Below the pieces are notes generated by a model that did not search any database, had not been told where the DNA came from, and worked only from the letters and a program-made list of their open reading frames with translations. A program made the translations under genes and the position numbers. Below are positions 28,873-38,623 of a stretch of DNA of 64,000 bases, one piece after another. Origin of the DNA: Pseudomonadota bacterium (GTDB lineage: Bacteria > Pseudomonadota > Alphaproteobacteria > Micavibrionales > UBA2020); contig JAJZVA010000011.1 of the NCBI GenBank assembly GCA_021845905.1, forward strand, positions 20,682-84,681, in the 5' to 3' direction. The number at the start of each line of letters is the position of its first letter. Positions within the stretch are counted from its first letter, which is position 1.

Positions 28873-29148
28873 GTTACCCTCCATTGGATGTGTTGATAGC
28901 CAAACGAACCAGTTCCCTTACACTTTCAGTTTAACCCCTGAAAATTTAAATTTCAGTAAAAAAAGCATGTTTGAATAGTTAACTTAAACCTTTTTATGAC
29001 ATTGATTCAATTTTATGTTTTTATAATAGTCCTGCACGCAACAGGATTTCTTAAAAACCTCACAAACGTGCAAAAAGCGACAAGGCACTTGTGATGCGTA
29101 AAGGATAATGATCTCTTTCAATGAAGAATCGATGTTCAGAGAGGAAAT

Positions 29149-29439
29149 GTGATGAACGCTGGAATTGTCAGTTTAGAGGATGGCACACCCTGCATCGTTT
29201 ATGATGAAAAGTTGCCGCACTCCGTCAGCCACGTCTCTTTTAATGAAGATGGCTACCAGATTACGCTTGTTTACAGCGACTCAGGCGCTGCGGAAGCAAA
29301 AGGATATACCTTTGAATTTCCGCTGGATCCGCCTTTTGCTGAGGTTCTGCGCGCGCGGGGAGATGTTGCTCTGGCTTTCATGAAGGACAGGCAACTCGTT
29401 GATATCAATATATATCCTGTCGTATTCCCCGCTTCATAA
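29149..29439 (+). CDS. Hypothetical protein (96 aa)
   Basis: ORF with a GAGAGG SD. Start is GTG 29149 or ATG 29152. No recognisable motif. Divergent from flp. Confidence 0.45.
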   Translation: MMNAGIVSLEDGTPCIVYDEKLPHSVSHVSFNEDGYQITLVYSDSGAAEAKGYTFEFPLDPPFAEVLRARGDVALAFMKDRQLVDINIYPVVFPAS

Positions 29440-29512
29440 GCGCAAAATAAGCACAATCTCCTTTTTTATGCTATAATCGGCATTAAGATCATTTTATACA
29501 AAGGAGAGCGCC

Positions 29513-29743
29513 ATGGCGAACGATCAGAAACTTAAAAAAGGCTATGCCGCACCGCTGGAAGGCATCAGCGTTTCCACTCTGCTCAGTCTGGCTTTCGCCG
29601 GTATTGGTTTTAAGGCGCTCGCAGACCTTTCCAACAAACCCAAGCTCAAACGGTCGAATACGCCGGAGGCGACGGCCTCCAAGCCGGACGCGCCCTCGAT
29701 CACATCCGGCTTCATCGCGCCCCGCCCGCCAACCATGATCTAA
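29513..29743 (+). CDS. Hypothetical small membrane-anchored protein (76 aa)
   Basis: AAAGGAGAG SD before the ATG. One hydrophobic helix (ISVSTLLSLAFAGIGF), then a basic/Pro-rich tail. Ends 4 nt before the next ORF. Confidence 0.45.
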   Translation: MANDQKLKKGYAAPLEGISVSTLLSLAFAGIGFKALADLSNKPKLKRSNTPEATASKPDAPSITSGFIAPRPPTMI

Positions 29744-29747
29744 AATC

Positions 29748-30539
29748 ATGAGTGCGCGCCCGCATCATTCCATCCATCACAAGACATGGGAGGACAAGGT
29801 TCTGGATGCGGACCTCCTCTGGGCGCAGGTCAAATCGTTGCTGGCCCATCAATCGCTTGAGCTTCCCAAAACGCCGCGCCGCCCGGACGTGCGGCTGATC
29901 GTCAAAAACATCTCCGGACACGACATCAGCTTTCAAAACCCGGGCAATCATGCGAACGGCAAGCCCGAGCATATCCCCGCGACAGGCGACAGCACGGCTG
30001 CGATGCTGATGATCAAGGGCTCAACACTCGATGAACAGCATAAAAACGCCGAAACGCTTTTCAAAAAATACGACCTCGGCGCGCGCGGCCTCAGCACGGA
30101 ATTCATTGAAGACCTCATGCAGGGCAAGCTGGCCAGCCTCGTCGATGAAGCTTACGGCCCCGCGCCTTTCGAAACCCAGACGGCGAAACTGGTTGACGTT
30201 TCATGGGCGGATGCGGACGGCAAGACCAGCGCCATTTCTCCCTGCAAAGGTCTGAATGCCGCTTTCGGCGCACGCGCCGCGACGGAAGAAAACGTATTCA
30301 TGGCGCAGTTTCACATCTACGTCAAAGGCACGGGCACGACGGCGGAGCTTGTCGAAAGCGAAGGTATGGCCATCGCCGTCAGCACGGACTGGCAGACGAA
30401 AAAAGAAACAACGCGCCCCATCGTCGCGAGCGTTGCGCGCGCATACTATGGCGACCATTTTGAAGCCATACCGGTCGCCATCGTGCATCCGGACGGACTC
30501 GTCAGGGAAATCAATTTAAAAAAAAAAAAAGCGGCGTGA
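29748..30539 (+). CDS. Hypothetical protein (263 aa)
   Basis: Long ORF with ordinary-looking amino-acid composition, no signal peptide and no recognisable motif. An A12 tract encodes KKKK near the C-terminus. Confidence 0.6.
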   Translation: MSARPHHSIHHKTWEDKVLDADLLWAQVKSLLAHQSLELPKTPRRPDVRLIVKNISGHDISFQNPGNHANGKPEHIPATGDSTAAMLMIKGSTLDEQHKNAETLFKKYDLGARGLSTEFIEDLMQGKLASLVDEAYGPAPFETQTAKLVDVSWADADGKTSAISPCKGLNAAFGARAATEENVFMAQFHIYVKGTGTTAELVESEGMAIAVSTDWQTKKETTRPIVASVARAYYGDHFEAIPVAIVHPDGLVREINLKKKKAA

Positions 30540-30594
30540 TGACTGCGGATAAAAAACCGCCGCGGCGCAAGAAGCCAGGCGGCAATCCACACCC

Positions 30595-31281
30595 TTAAAT
30601 CTTCTGCCAGTCTATCGGCGTTGCGCCGTTTGCAGCGAGATAGTCGTTGGCTTTTTTAAAATGCCCGCAACCCAAAAAGCCGCGATGCGCCGACAAAGGC
30701 GAGGGGTGCGGCGCCTGCAACACCAGATGTTTGCTACGGTCGATCAGCGCGCCCTTCTTTTGCGCGTAGGAGCCCCAGAACAGAAACACCACATGTTCGC
30801 GCTTTTCGTTGATGGCGCGGATGACGGCATCGGTGAATTCCTCCCAACCGCGGCGCTGATGCGATCCGGCATTCGCCTTCTGCACCGTCAGCGTCGCGTT
30901 CAATAACAACACGCCCTGCTTCGCCCATCCCGTCAAGTCGCCGTGCGGTGGCATCTTCACGCCATATTCCGCCTCGATCTCCTTATAAATGTTGATCAGG
31001 CTCGGCGGTATGGCGACGCCCCTGCGCACCGAAAAGCAAAGACCATGCGCCTGCCCTTCGCCGTGATAAGGGTCCTGCCCGATGATGACGACGCGCACGC
31101 CGTCAAAAGACGTCGTGTTCATCGCGTTGAAAATCTCCGCGCCCTTGGGATAGATGATTTTGCCGCGCGCCTTTTCATCCTGCAGGAATTGCCGGAGCTG
31201 CGCCATGTAAGGCCTGTCGAACTCGCCGCCGATGACGTCAAGCCAGCCTTGAGAAAGTTTGATGGCGGAAGAGTCCGTCAT
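30595..31281 (-). CDS. ung: Uracil-DNA glycosylase
   Basis: Family-1 UDG motifs ([29 protein letters not shown]). The ATG at 31281 overlaps the stop of the upstream gene (ATGA). Confidence 0.9.
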   Translation of the reverse strand: MTDSSAIKLSQGWLDVIGGEFDRPYMAQLRQFLQDEKARGKIIYPKGAEIFNAMNTTSFDGVRVVIIGQDPYHGEGQAHGLCFSVRRGVAIPPSLINIYKEIEAEYGVKMPPHGDLTGWAKQGVLLLNATLTVQKANAGSHQRRGWEEFTDAVIRAINEKREHVVFLFWGSYAQKKGALIDRSKHLVLQAPHPSPLSAHRGFLGCGHFKKANDYLAANGATPIDWQKI

Positions 31282-32621
31282 ACGTTCAGCAACAGGTTCT
31301 CGCGTTCCCATGAACTGATCACGGCATTATACGCCTTGAACTCCGTTTCCTTGATGCTGACCAATGTGCGGACGAACTGCTCGCCGAGCAATTCGGAGAG
31401 CGGCTTGCAGCCCTTGAATTTCTTGAGCGCGTCGGTCATGTGCACCGGCAGGCTGTTGCCTTTCTTGTAGGCGCTTCCCTTGACCTGCTCGGACGGATCC
31501 AGCTTCTCCAGCAACCCGAGAAGGCCGCAGGCCAGCGTCGCGGCGACAGTCAGATAAGGGTTTCCGTCCGCGCCGGACAGGCGGTTCTCGACGCGGCGGT
31601 TTTCCGGCTTCGACACCGGCACGCGCAGGCCCGCCGTGCGGTTGTCCAGCCCCCATTCGACATTGATCGGGCTGTCCGTCTGCTTGTGCCCGAAGCGGCG
31701 GAAAGAGTTCACGTTCGGCGCCATCAACGGCAGGGCGCTGGGCAGATATTTTTGCAGTCCGCCGACATAATGCCGGAAAAATTTGGTATCCTGACCGTCG
31801 TCGGTCGAAAAAAGATTGCGGCCGGTCTCGATGTCCACGACGCTTTGGTGGATGTGCATCGCGCTTCCCGGCTCCATTTGCATCGGCTGAGCCATGAACG
31901 TGGCGTAAACCCCATGGCGCATGGCGACTTCTCGCGCCGTGCGTTTGAAAAGAAACGCCTGATCGGCGACTTCCAGCGGGTCGCCGTGGTTGAAGTTGAC
32001 TTCGATCTGCGCTGCGCCCGCTTCGTGGCTCAGAGTGTCGATATCGATGTTTTCCTCCTCGCAATAGTCATAGACGTCCTCGAAGATCGGGTCGAATTCG
32101 TTGACGGCATCGATGCCGTAAGCTTGTCGTCCGCTTTCCTGCCGTCCGGAACGCCCGACCGGCGGCTGCAACGGAATATCCGGGTCGGTATTGACCGAAA
32201 CGAGATAAAACTCCAGCTCCGGCGCGACAACGGGCTTCCATCCGCGCGTTTCGTATTCCGCCAGGATTTTTCTGAGCAGATAGCGGGAAGAAATCATCAC
32301 CGGCGTGTCGTCGCTGTAATAAGCGTCGCAGATGATCTGCGCCGTCGGCTCCTGATACCACGGCACAAGACGCATGGTATTATGATCGGGCACCATATAA
32401 ACGTCGCTCACAGAAGGGCTGATCAGATCTCCGTCGGGATAGTCGCCGGTGACCGTCTGGATAAAAACGGTTTCGGGAATGGGCATGCCGCGCTCGCGCA
32501 ATATCCGTAACAGCTTTTCCGCGGGGATAATCTTGCCGCGCGCGATGCCGGACATGTCCGGCACAAGGCATTCGACTTCCGTTATCTCGTGTTCTCGGAT
32601 AAACTCTTCTAACTTGTCCAT
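31278..32621 (-). CDS. Glutamine synthetase family protein (gamma-glutamyl-amine/PuuA-like ligase)
   Basis: 447 aa with a GS catalytic-domain signature (FMAQPM...GSAMHIHQS; NRTAGLRVP). Its size and its FAD-oxidase neighbour fit the PuuA-like subgroup. Confidence 0.85.
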   Translation of the reverse strand: MDKLEEFIREHEITEVECLVPDMSGIARGKIIPAEKLLRILRERGMPIPETVFIQTVTGDYPDGDLISPSVSDVYMVPDHNTMRLVPWYQEPTAQIICDAYYSDDTPVMISSRYLLRKILAEYETRGWKPVVAPELEFYLVSVNTDPDIPLQPPVGRSGRQESGRQAYGIDAVNEFDPIFEDVYDYCEEENIDIDTLSHEAGAAQIEVNFNHGDPLEVADQAFLFKRTAREVAMRHGVYATFMAQPMQMEPGSAMHIHQSVVDIETGRNLFSTDDGQDTKFFRHYVGGLQKYLPSALPLMAPNVNSFRRFGHKQTDSPINVEWGLDNRTAGLRVPVSKPENRRVENRLSGADGNPYLTVAATLACGLLGLLEKLDPSEQVKGSAYKKGNSLPVHMTDALKKFKGCKPLSELLGEQFVRTLVSIKETEFKAYNAVISSWERENLLLNV

Positions 32622-32649
32622 TGCAGACTTCTTTTCCCGGTAATGATAA

Positions 32650-33930
32650 ATGCCAACGGTGACGCCGAAAGACCAAGTAGAAGATCGAAATTATAGAAAC
32701 TCGTGGTACGCCGTGACCCCGAACAGGCTTCTGGTGACTTTAGGCGCGCTCAATGAGGAAATCAACTGCGATATTTGCGTGATTGGCGCAGGTTTTACCG
32801 GCATTTCAGCGGCTTATGAGTTCGTGCAGAAAGGCTATTCCGTAACATTGCTGGAGGCGAAAAACCTGCTTGATTCCTCCACCGGTAAAAACGGCAGTCA
32901 CCTGCTCCGCGGCTATCAGCTTTCTCCCGACCATATGGCAAAAAAATACACGCCCGGCAACGCGCGCATGCTCTGCAACCTGACGCTGGAAGGCCTTGCG
33001 CTGATCGTCGGGCGCATCGCAAAGCACGAGATAAAATGCGACCTCAAATTCGGCCATATCACAACGGCGCTTGACCGCGATAATATCTCTACAATCATCA
33101 AAAGGATTAAAGAGTGGAACAAGCTCGGCCACACCGATATGCAATATGTTTCGGCGAAAGACATCCCCGCCTATGTGGACAGCAAAAAATACGCCGGCGG
33201 ATTATACGACCCCAAGGGCGCCCATTTTCATCCGCTCAATTACGCGCTCGGCGTCGCGCAAACCGCCCAAACCGCGGGGTGCAAGATATACGATGAAACG
33301 CCGGTCGTTAAAATCGAGCCCGGCGCCACCGTTAAAATCCGAACGCAGCAAGGCGTCATCAATGCAAAATTCGCCGTGCTCAGCGGCCATATCAAAATTC
33401 CCGGATTGCCGAAACTCGGGCAAAAAATTCTTCCCGCCGCCATGCCGATGCTTGCGACGCAACCTCTGGATAGCCGTATTTCCTCTAAAATTTTGCCCAA
33501 AAACACCGCCGTGTCGGATATGTGCGGCATTATGAACTATTTCAACCTCTCCAACGACGGCAGGCTTTTATTTGGCAGCATTTGCCCCGATATCGACCTG
33601 CAAAAACGCATGACGGCCATTTTTCCCGAATTGAAAGACGCAACCATCGCCCACCGGTGGAACAACCCCATGGATTTCACGCTCAACCGCATGCCGCATT
33701 TCGGCCGCCTGAGCGATAATATTTTCTATGCGCATGGATATTGCGGTCAGGGCATCATTTTGGGTAATCTGGCAGGTAAGCTGATGGCGGAAGCCGTCAG
33801 CGGCACGGCGGAGAGGTTCGACGTCTTCGCCAGAATGAAACACCTTTCCATTCCCGGAGGGGACGCTTTTAAAAAACGCTTGCTGGCCTTCGCGATGGCA
33901 TGGCACCGCTTGCAGGACACACTTCTATAA
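32650..33930 (+). CDS. FAD-dependent oxidoreductase (gamma-glutamyl-amine oxidase/PuuB-like, DAO family)
   Basis: N-terminal dinucleotide-binding motif (CVIGAGFTGISAA) with DAO-family length and architecture. Divergent from the GS-like gene. Confidence 0.8.
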   Translation: MPTVTPKDQVEDRNYRNSWYAVTPNRLLVTLGALNEEINCDICVIGAGFTGISAAYEFVQKGYSVTLLEAKNLLDSSTGKNGSHLLRGYQLSPDHMAKKYTPGNARMLCNLTLEGLALIVGRIAKHEIKCDLKFGHITTALDRDNISTIIKRIKEWNKLGHTDMQYVSAKDIPAYVDSKKYAGGLYDPKGAHFHPLNYALGVAQTAQTAGCKIYDETPVVKIEPGATVKIRTQQGVINAKFAVLSGHIKIPGLPKLGQKILPAAMPMLATQPLDSRISSKILPKNTAVSDMCGIMNYFNLSNDGRLLFGSICPDIDLQKRMTAIFPELKDATIAHRWNNPMDFTLNRMPHFGRLSDNIFYAHGYCGQGIILGNLAGKLMAEAVSGTAERFDVFARMKHLSIPGGDAFKKRLLAFAMAWHRLQDTLL

Positions 33931-33946
33931 GAAAGGCACAAAAGAC

Positions 33947-34879
33947 ATGTCACAAAAATTCCGCCTCATCACCCGCAGCGACCTCGATGGAATCGTCTGC
34001 GCGGCCCTGCTCAAGGAAGCCGGCATGATCGACGAGGTCACTTTCGCCCACCCGAAAGACATGCAGGACGGGTTGATCCCCGTGACGGGCAACGACATCA
34101 TCACCAACCTGCCTTACAACCCGAACGCGCACATGGTCTTCGACCATCACGCCAGCGAGACGGAACGCAACAAGACGCCAGCGAAGAACATGATCAACGA
34201 CCCGAACGCGCCCTCCGCCGCGGCCGTGGTTTACAAGCATCTCGGCGGCGCGGCGAAATTGCCGAACATCTCGAAGGAACTGATGGATGCGGCCAACAAG
34301 ATCGACGCCGCGCAACTGACGGAAGCCGAAATCCTCGATCCGAAAGGCTGGGTCCTGCTCGGCTTCATCATGGACAACCGCACAGGACTCGGGCGGTTAC
34401 ACCAGTACCAAATCTCCAACTACAACCTGATGCTGGAACTCGTCGACATTCTGCGCAAGGAAAAGTCCATCGACGACATCCTCAAAAACCCGCACGTCGC
34501 CGAACGCGTCAAGGTCTACCACGAGCATGCCGAAATGGCCCGTCACCAGATCAAGAAATGCGCCACCATGCATGAAAAGCTGCTGGTCATCGACCTGCGC
34601 AAGGAGCCGATGATCTATTGCATCAACCGCTTCGCCGTATACGCGCTCTATCCGGCCGCAAACATCTCCATGCACATCCTGCCCGGCAAGAAAAACACCA
34701 ACACGGTTTTCGCCGTCGGCAAATCTGTTCTCAACCGTTCGGCAAAGGTCGACGTCGGCAGCCTGATGCTCAAATACGGCGGCGGCGGACACAAGGCCGT
34801 CGGCACCTGCCAGATTCCGCATGACGATGTCGACACCGTCAAGGAAGAGCTCATCCGCGAAATCGTCAAGGCGGGCTGA
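33947..34879 (+). CDS. DHH-superfamily phosphoesterase-like protein
   Basis: N-terminal DLDG and DHH (FDHHASE) motifs, and a C-terminal GGGH motif (YGGGGHKAVG) as in DHH/DHHA1 enzymes. Substrate unknown. Confidence 0.55.
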   Translation: MSQKFRLITRSDLDGIVCAALLKEAGMIDEVTFAHPKDMQDGLIPVTGNDIITNLPYNPNAHMVFDHHASETERNKTPAKNMINDPNAPSAAAVVYKHLGGAAKLPNISKELMDAANKIDAAQLTEAEILDPKGWVLLGFIMDNRTGLGRLHQYQISNYNLMLELVDILRKEKSIDDILKNPHVAERVKVYHEHAEMARHQIKKCATMHEKLLVIDLRKEPMIYCINRFAVYALYPAANISMHILPGKKNTNTVFAVGKSVLNRSAKVDVGSLMLKYGGGGHKAVGTCQIPHDDVDTVKEELIREIVKAG

Positions 34880-34885
34880 CCCTAC

Positions 34886-35224
34886 ATGACCTACGTCGTT
34901 ACCGACATCTGCATCAAATGCAAATACACCGACTGCGTGGAAGTCTGTCCCGTGGACTGCTTTTACGAAGGCGAGAACATGCTGGTCATCAACCCGGACG
35001 AATGCATCGACTGCGGCGTCTGCATCCCCGAATGCCCGATCGACGCCATTGTCACCGATATCGACCCGCGCGCCGAACCGTTCCTCGAGCTCAACCGCGA
35101 CTATTCGATGGGCAAGTGGCCGAACATCACGCGCAAGAAACCCGCATTGCCCGACGCCAAAGACTTCGACAACGAACCGGGCAAAATGAAATATTTCAGC
35201 GAAAAACCCGGCGAAGGGGATTGA
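34886..35224 (+). CDS. fdxA: Ferredoxin FdxA (7Fe, 3Fe-4S + 4Fe-4S)
   Basis: [29 protein letters not shown]...[12 protein letters not shown] is the canonical FdxA cysteine pattern. Confidence 0.92.
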   Translation: MTYVVTDICIKCKYTDCVEVCPVDCFYEGENMLVINPDECIDCGVCIPECPIDAIVTDIDPRAEPFLELNRDYSMGKWPNITRKKPALPDAKDFDNEPGKMKYFSEKPGEGD

Positions 35225-35272
35225 GCTCCCCTGCCCGCACCACCTGCGCATAGCAGAATTTTAAAGATTTAG

Positions 35273-35292
35273 AGTAGCGAGGGCCGGGATTG
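35273..35292. repeat. Duplicated fragment of the tRNA 3' end (T-arm/acceptor), att-like
   Basis: 20-nt exact copy (GTAGCGAGGGCCGGGATTGA) of 35367-35386 inside the tRNA gene, lying about 75 bp beyond the tRNA 3' end. Similarity continues imperfectly for a few more nt. Confidence 0.7.
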
Positions 35293-35364
35293 ACCGCCAG
35301 CTTCGCTGGCTTAATATCCATTTATGGTTCAATCCCGACAATAGTTCGAGCAGGTTACAGGTTA

Positions 35365-35440
35365 ATGGTAGCGAGGGCCGGGATTGAACCGGCGACACAA
35401 GGATTATGATTCCTCCGCTCTACCGCTGAGCTACCCCGCC
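35365..35440 (-). tRNA. tRNA with CAT anticodon (elongator Met or Ile2); several non-canonical pairs
   Basis: Hand-folded. Acceptor GGCGGGG/CCTCGCT (two G-U pairs), D arm GCTC-AGCGGTA-GAGC, anticodon loop ATCATAA, T arm GCCGG-TTCAATC-CCGGC, encoded CCA. The anticodon stem GAGGA/TCCCT has an A-C mismatch, and there is one extra nt in the stem/variable region. No initiator features. Confidence 0.7.
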
Positions 35441-35550
35441 ATATTTAGGTTTGAGGCACTTTATGCCTTTTTGCAGGCGTTCTGTCAAGCTGATTTAAGT
35501 CTTTGCTTTAAAAGAAAATTGCGTCAGTTCCCGCAAACAGGGCCTTCGCT

Positions 35551-36693
35551 TCAGGCGGCAAGCGCTATTTTCGCGTTTTCCGTGGCCTTGATCCATCCGC
35601 CGCCAATGACGCGCGCGTCAACATAACAAACACAGGCTTGCCCCGCCGCAATACCGAAGGCGGGCTCGTTCAGGATCACCTTATCACCGAATAACGTGGC
35701 GGGCATGGCGGATTGCGTCGAACGCAACTTGACCTCCACGGCAAGCCCTTCCGATGGAATTTCTGCCAGCCAGTTGCAGTCTTTCAAGTGAACCGTGTCG
35801 CGTGCCAAAGCTTCATACGGCCCGACGACAACCTGATTTTTATCGGGGCGCAGGCCGACGACGAAGAGCGGCGTATTGTTCTCCGTATGGCCGCCGCCGA
35901 TGCCGATGCCGCGGCGCTGGCCGATGGTGTAGTTGATGATGCCGTTGTGTGTTCCAAGCACGCGCCCGTCGATATGCACGATGTCTCCGCTTTGCAGCGC
36001 GCCGGGGCGGAATTTCTCCACCACGCGGGCGTAGGATCCGTTCGGCACAAAGCAGATATCCATGCTGTCCGGCTTCTCTGCAACAACAAGACCGAGCCGT
36101 TCCGCATGTTGGCGCGTCACGTCCTTGCTCCAGCCACCCAGTGGGAAGCGCAGGAAATCAAGCTGTTCCTGCGTCGTGGCAAAGAGGAAGTAGCTTTGGT
36201 CTTTGTGCGCATCGACGGCGCGGTGCAGCTCGGCCTTGCCGTCGGCGTTGACGACGCGCTGGATATAATGCCCCGTCGCCATGCAGTCCGCGCCGAGGTC
36301 GCGCGCGGTCGCCAGCAGGTCTTTGAACTTCACATTCTGGTTGCAGCGCACGCAGGGAATCGGCGTCTCGCCGTTGAGGTAGCTGTCGACGAAATCCTCG
36401 ATCACGCTGTCCTGAAACTTGCTTTGATAATTCAGTACGTAATGCTCGAAGCCCATTTTTTCGGCGACGCGCTTGGCGTCGTGGATGTCCTGACCCGCAC
36501 AGCAGGCGCCTTTCTTTTTCAGCGCCTCGCCGTGGTCGTAAAGCTGGAGGGTAATGCCGACGACCTCGTAGCCTTCCTCGTGTAGCAACGAAGCCACGAC
36601 CGAACTATCAACGCCGCCCGACATGGCGACGACGACGCGGGTATCCTTGGGAGCTTTGGCAAAACCGAGGCTGTTTGTCTTTGGCGTGTTCAT
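35551..36693 (-). CDS. mnmA: tRNA 2-thiouridine(34) synthase MnmA
   Basis: PP-loop ([13 protein letters not shown]) and a conserved MnmA core (CVRCN, ATGHY, DQSYFL). ATG at 36693 is preceded by a GGAG SD. The ORF-track extension to 37158 is spurious. Confidence 0.92.
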   Translation of the reverse strand: MNTPKTNSLGFAKAPKDTRVVVAMSGGVDSSVVASLLHEEGYEVVGITLQLYDHGEALKKKGACCAGQDIHDAKRVAEKMGFEHYVLNYQSKFQDSVIEDFVDSYLNGETPIPCVRCNQNVKFKDLLATARDLGADCMATGHYIQRVVNADGKAELHRAVDAHKDQSYFLFATTQEQLDFLRFPLGGWSKDVTRQHAERLGLVVAEKPDSMDICFVPNGSYARVVEKFRPGALQSGDIVHIDGRVLGTHNGIINYTIGQRRGIGIGGGHTENNTPLFVVGLRPDKNQVVVGPYEALARDTVHLKDCNWLAEIPSEGLAVEVKLRSTQSAMPATLFGDKVILNEPAFGIAAGQACVCYVDARVIGGGWIKATENAKIALAA

Positions 36694-36811
36694 AACTCCG
36701 GAACTATACATTTTTTGCACAAAATTGCAAATATTTTTCATATTTTTTGGATCAATGTAGCCTCCATGTGCTACAGTTAAGTAATGCGTGGCACCGGATA
36801 AAGGGGGCTTG

Positions 36812-37069
36812 ATGTCAGGTGACGACAAGGAGAACGTGCTGGATTTCACGCCGCAAAGCGGCTTTGTCATTGAGAAACTTGCCGTTTCCATTGTCGACAT
36901 GATGCGGGAAATGGATATGGACGCCCGCATCAACCTGCCGGACGGCACCGTTATCGACATAGAAAAAGAATGCACCACGAAGGACATTATCGACGGGTAC
37001 AAGGAGTACATGGCAAACAGCATATCCGCCCGCCCGGCCAGCAATAAAAACGAAAAAGAGCCCGTATAA
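36812..37069 (+). CDS. Hypothetical acidic protein (85 aa)
   Basis: The ATG at 36812 follows an AAGGGGG SD. No recognisable motif. Divergent from mnmA. Confidence 0.4.
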   Translation: MSGDDKENVLDFTPQSGFVIEKLAVSIVDMMREMDMDARINLPDGTVIDIEKECTTKDIIDGYKEYMANSISARPASNKNEKEPV

Positions 37070-37271
37070 GGCTGACAGCCCCCTGCAAACATGCTAGCTT
37101 GCGAAAAGTTTGGTAAAAAATCGCGTCTTAAGCCTGCCTTCATAAAAGCGGGGTACATTCGGCGTCAGAAAATTGCCATCTTTCATGGTTCGTCGGCTCG
37201 CGTGGTTGCATGCGGGACTGGGTTTCAACAAAAACCGTAAGAAAATTGTAGACACGAGAAAACAGCACCCG

Positions 37272-37988
37272 ATGCCCAAATCACCCTTCCCGCTCTCTGC
37301 CCTTTTTATTGCAACGATATCGTTCTGTTGCCTTTACAGGCCGGGCATTGCCCTTGCGCAAGATGACGCGGCGGCCTACGGCGTGCAGGACTTCAACAGG
37401 CGCGACCCGTACAAATCCGTCAACAAGGCCATATTCTCCTTTAACCTCAAGGTCGACAAAGCAGTCCTCAGACCCGTCGAACGGCAGTATGCCAAATTGC
37501 CGCATGTCGTGCGTCACGGCGTGGACAACTTCATGAAAAACCTGACCGAGCCGCTGAATTTCGTGAACGGCGTGCTTCAGCTCAGCCCGCGCGTCGCCAT
37601 GACCGCGGCGGGAAGATTTTTCCTCAACACGACCTTTGGCATCGCGGGCTTCCGCGATTACGCCGGAACAAAAGGCTTTGAATACGAGGATGAGGGGTTT
37701 TCAAAAACCCTCGCCCGCTACGGCGTTGGCGAAGGGGATTACGTCGTTCTCCCTGTCATCGGGCCTTCGACCGTGCGCGGAACCGTGGGGATGATCGCCG
37801 ACTACATCATCGACCCCGTGGGCTGGGTCGCCACCACGCCGGAAAACGTCGCCATCGGCACGGCGACAGCCGTCAACGACCGCTACCAGAACAACGACGC
37901 CATCGACGAGTTCTACTACCAGTCGATCGCCCCCTACACCATGACGCGCGCCGCATACCTGCAACATCAAGCCTTCAACAAAAATTAA
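37272..37988 (+). CDS. mlaA: MlaA/VacJ-family outer-membrane lipoprotein
   Basis: VacJ-like core (DPYKSVNKAIFSFNLKVDKAVLRPV...NFMKNLTEPLNFVNGVLQ). Confidence 0.85.
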   Translation: MPKSPFPLSALFIATISFCCLYRPGIALAQDDAAAYGVQDFNRRDPYKSVNKAIFSFNLKVDKAVLRPVERQYAKLPHVVRHGVDNFMKNLTEPLNFVNGVLQLSPRVAMTAAGRFFLNTTFGIAGFRDYAGTKGFEYEDEGFSKTLARYGVGEGDYVVLPVIGPSTVRGTVGMIADYIIDPVGWVATTPENVAIGTATAVNDRYQNNDAIDEFYYQSIAPYTMTRAAYLQHQAFNKN

Positions 37989-38006
37989 AAACGAAAAGGA
38001 AAAAAC

Positions 38007-38618
38007 ATGAAAACCTCGAAAACCCTGCTCTTCGCCCTCGCCCTGGCATTGTCCGCTCCGACGCTCGCCAACGCCGCCACGCCCAGCGCCTGCGAAGCCT
38101 TCTCCACGACGATGACGTCGCGCATACTTGGCATCTTCCACAACAAAGCGGAAACGCAAGACCAGAAGCAGGAAGCCTTGGCCCAACTGTTTCAGGAAGC
38201 CGTCGACACCAACTGGATCGGCAAGTTCGCGCTCGGCCCCTATTGGAGGACCGCGCCGCAAACGGAAAGAAAAGCGTACCTTGACACCTTCCGCGACTAT
38301 CTGACCAACATCTACATCTCGAAATTCCACGCCAAGACAGCCATGGACATCACAAACATCAAGCTGCTCTCGATCGTGCCGCGGCAGGACAACCTGATCT
38401 TCGTCAAATCCGTCATCATGAGAAAACCCGGGTTTGGCAACACGCAGGTCAACTATATCCTGAAGCAAACGCCGCATTCCTGTCAGGTGCATGACATCAG
38501 AGTGGCCGGCGTCAGTCTGCTCGTGACATTGCGCTCCGAGTTCGGCGCCGCCGCCAGCGCATCCGGCGTCAAAGGCGTCATCGCCCAAATGAAGAGCCGC
38601 CTCGCCGCCAACGAGTAA
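38007..38618 (+). CDS. mlaC: MlaC/Ttg2D-family periplasmic phospholipid-binding protein
   Basis: Signal peptide plus an MlaC-like core (VDTNWIGKFALGPYWRTA...FRDYLTNIY). Adjacent to mlaA. Confidence 0.8.
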   Translation: MKTSKTLLFALALALSAPTLANAATPSACEAFSTTMTSRILGIFHNKAETQDQKQEALAQLFQEAVDTNWIGKFALGPYWRTAPQTERKAYLDTFRDYLTNIYISKFHAKTAMDITNIKLLSIVPRQDNLIFVKSVIMRKPGFGNTQVNYILKQTPHSCQVHDIRVAGVSLLVTLRSEFGAAASASGVKGVIAQMKSRLAANE

Positions 38619-38623
38619 AGCCG

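Noticed and set aside
28873-29148. Possible CtrA box or sigma54 promoter upstream of flp
   Set aside because: Several TTAA half-sites and an imperfect palindrome (CTGAAAATTTAAATTTCAG) are present, but none has the TTAA-N7-TTAA spacing. The GG/GC elements do not have the -24/-12 spacing either. Only a generic AT-rich promoter region can be claimed.
36694-37158. N-terminal 155-codon extension of the mnmA ORF in the track
   Set aside because: MnmA homology begins at MNTPKTN, after a GGAG SD at 36693. The upstream part has odd composition and overlaps the divergent 36812-37069 ORF and its promoter region.
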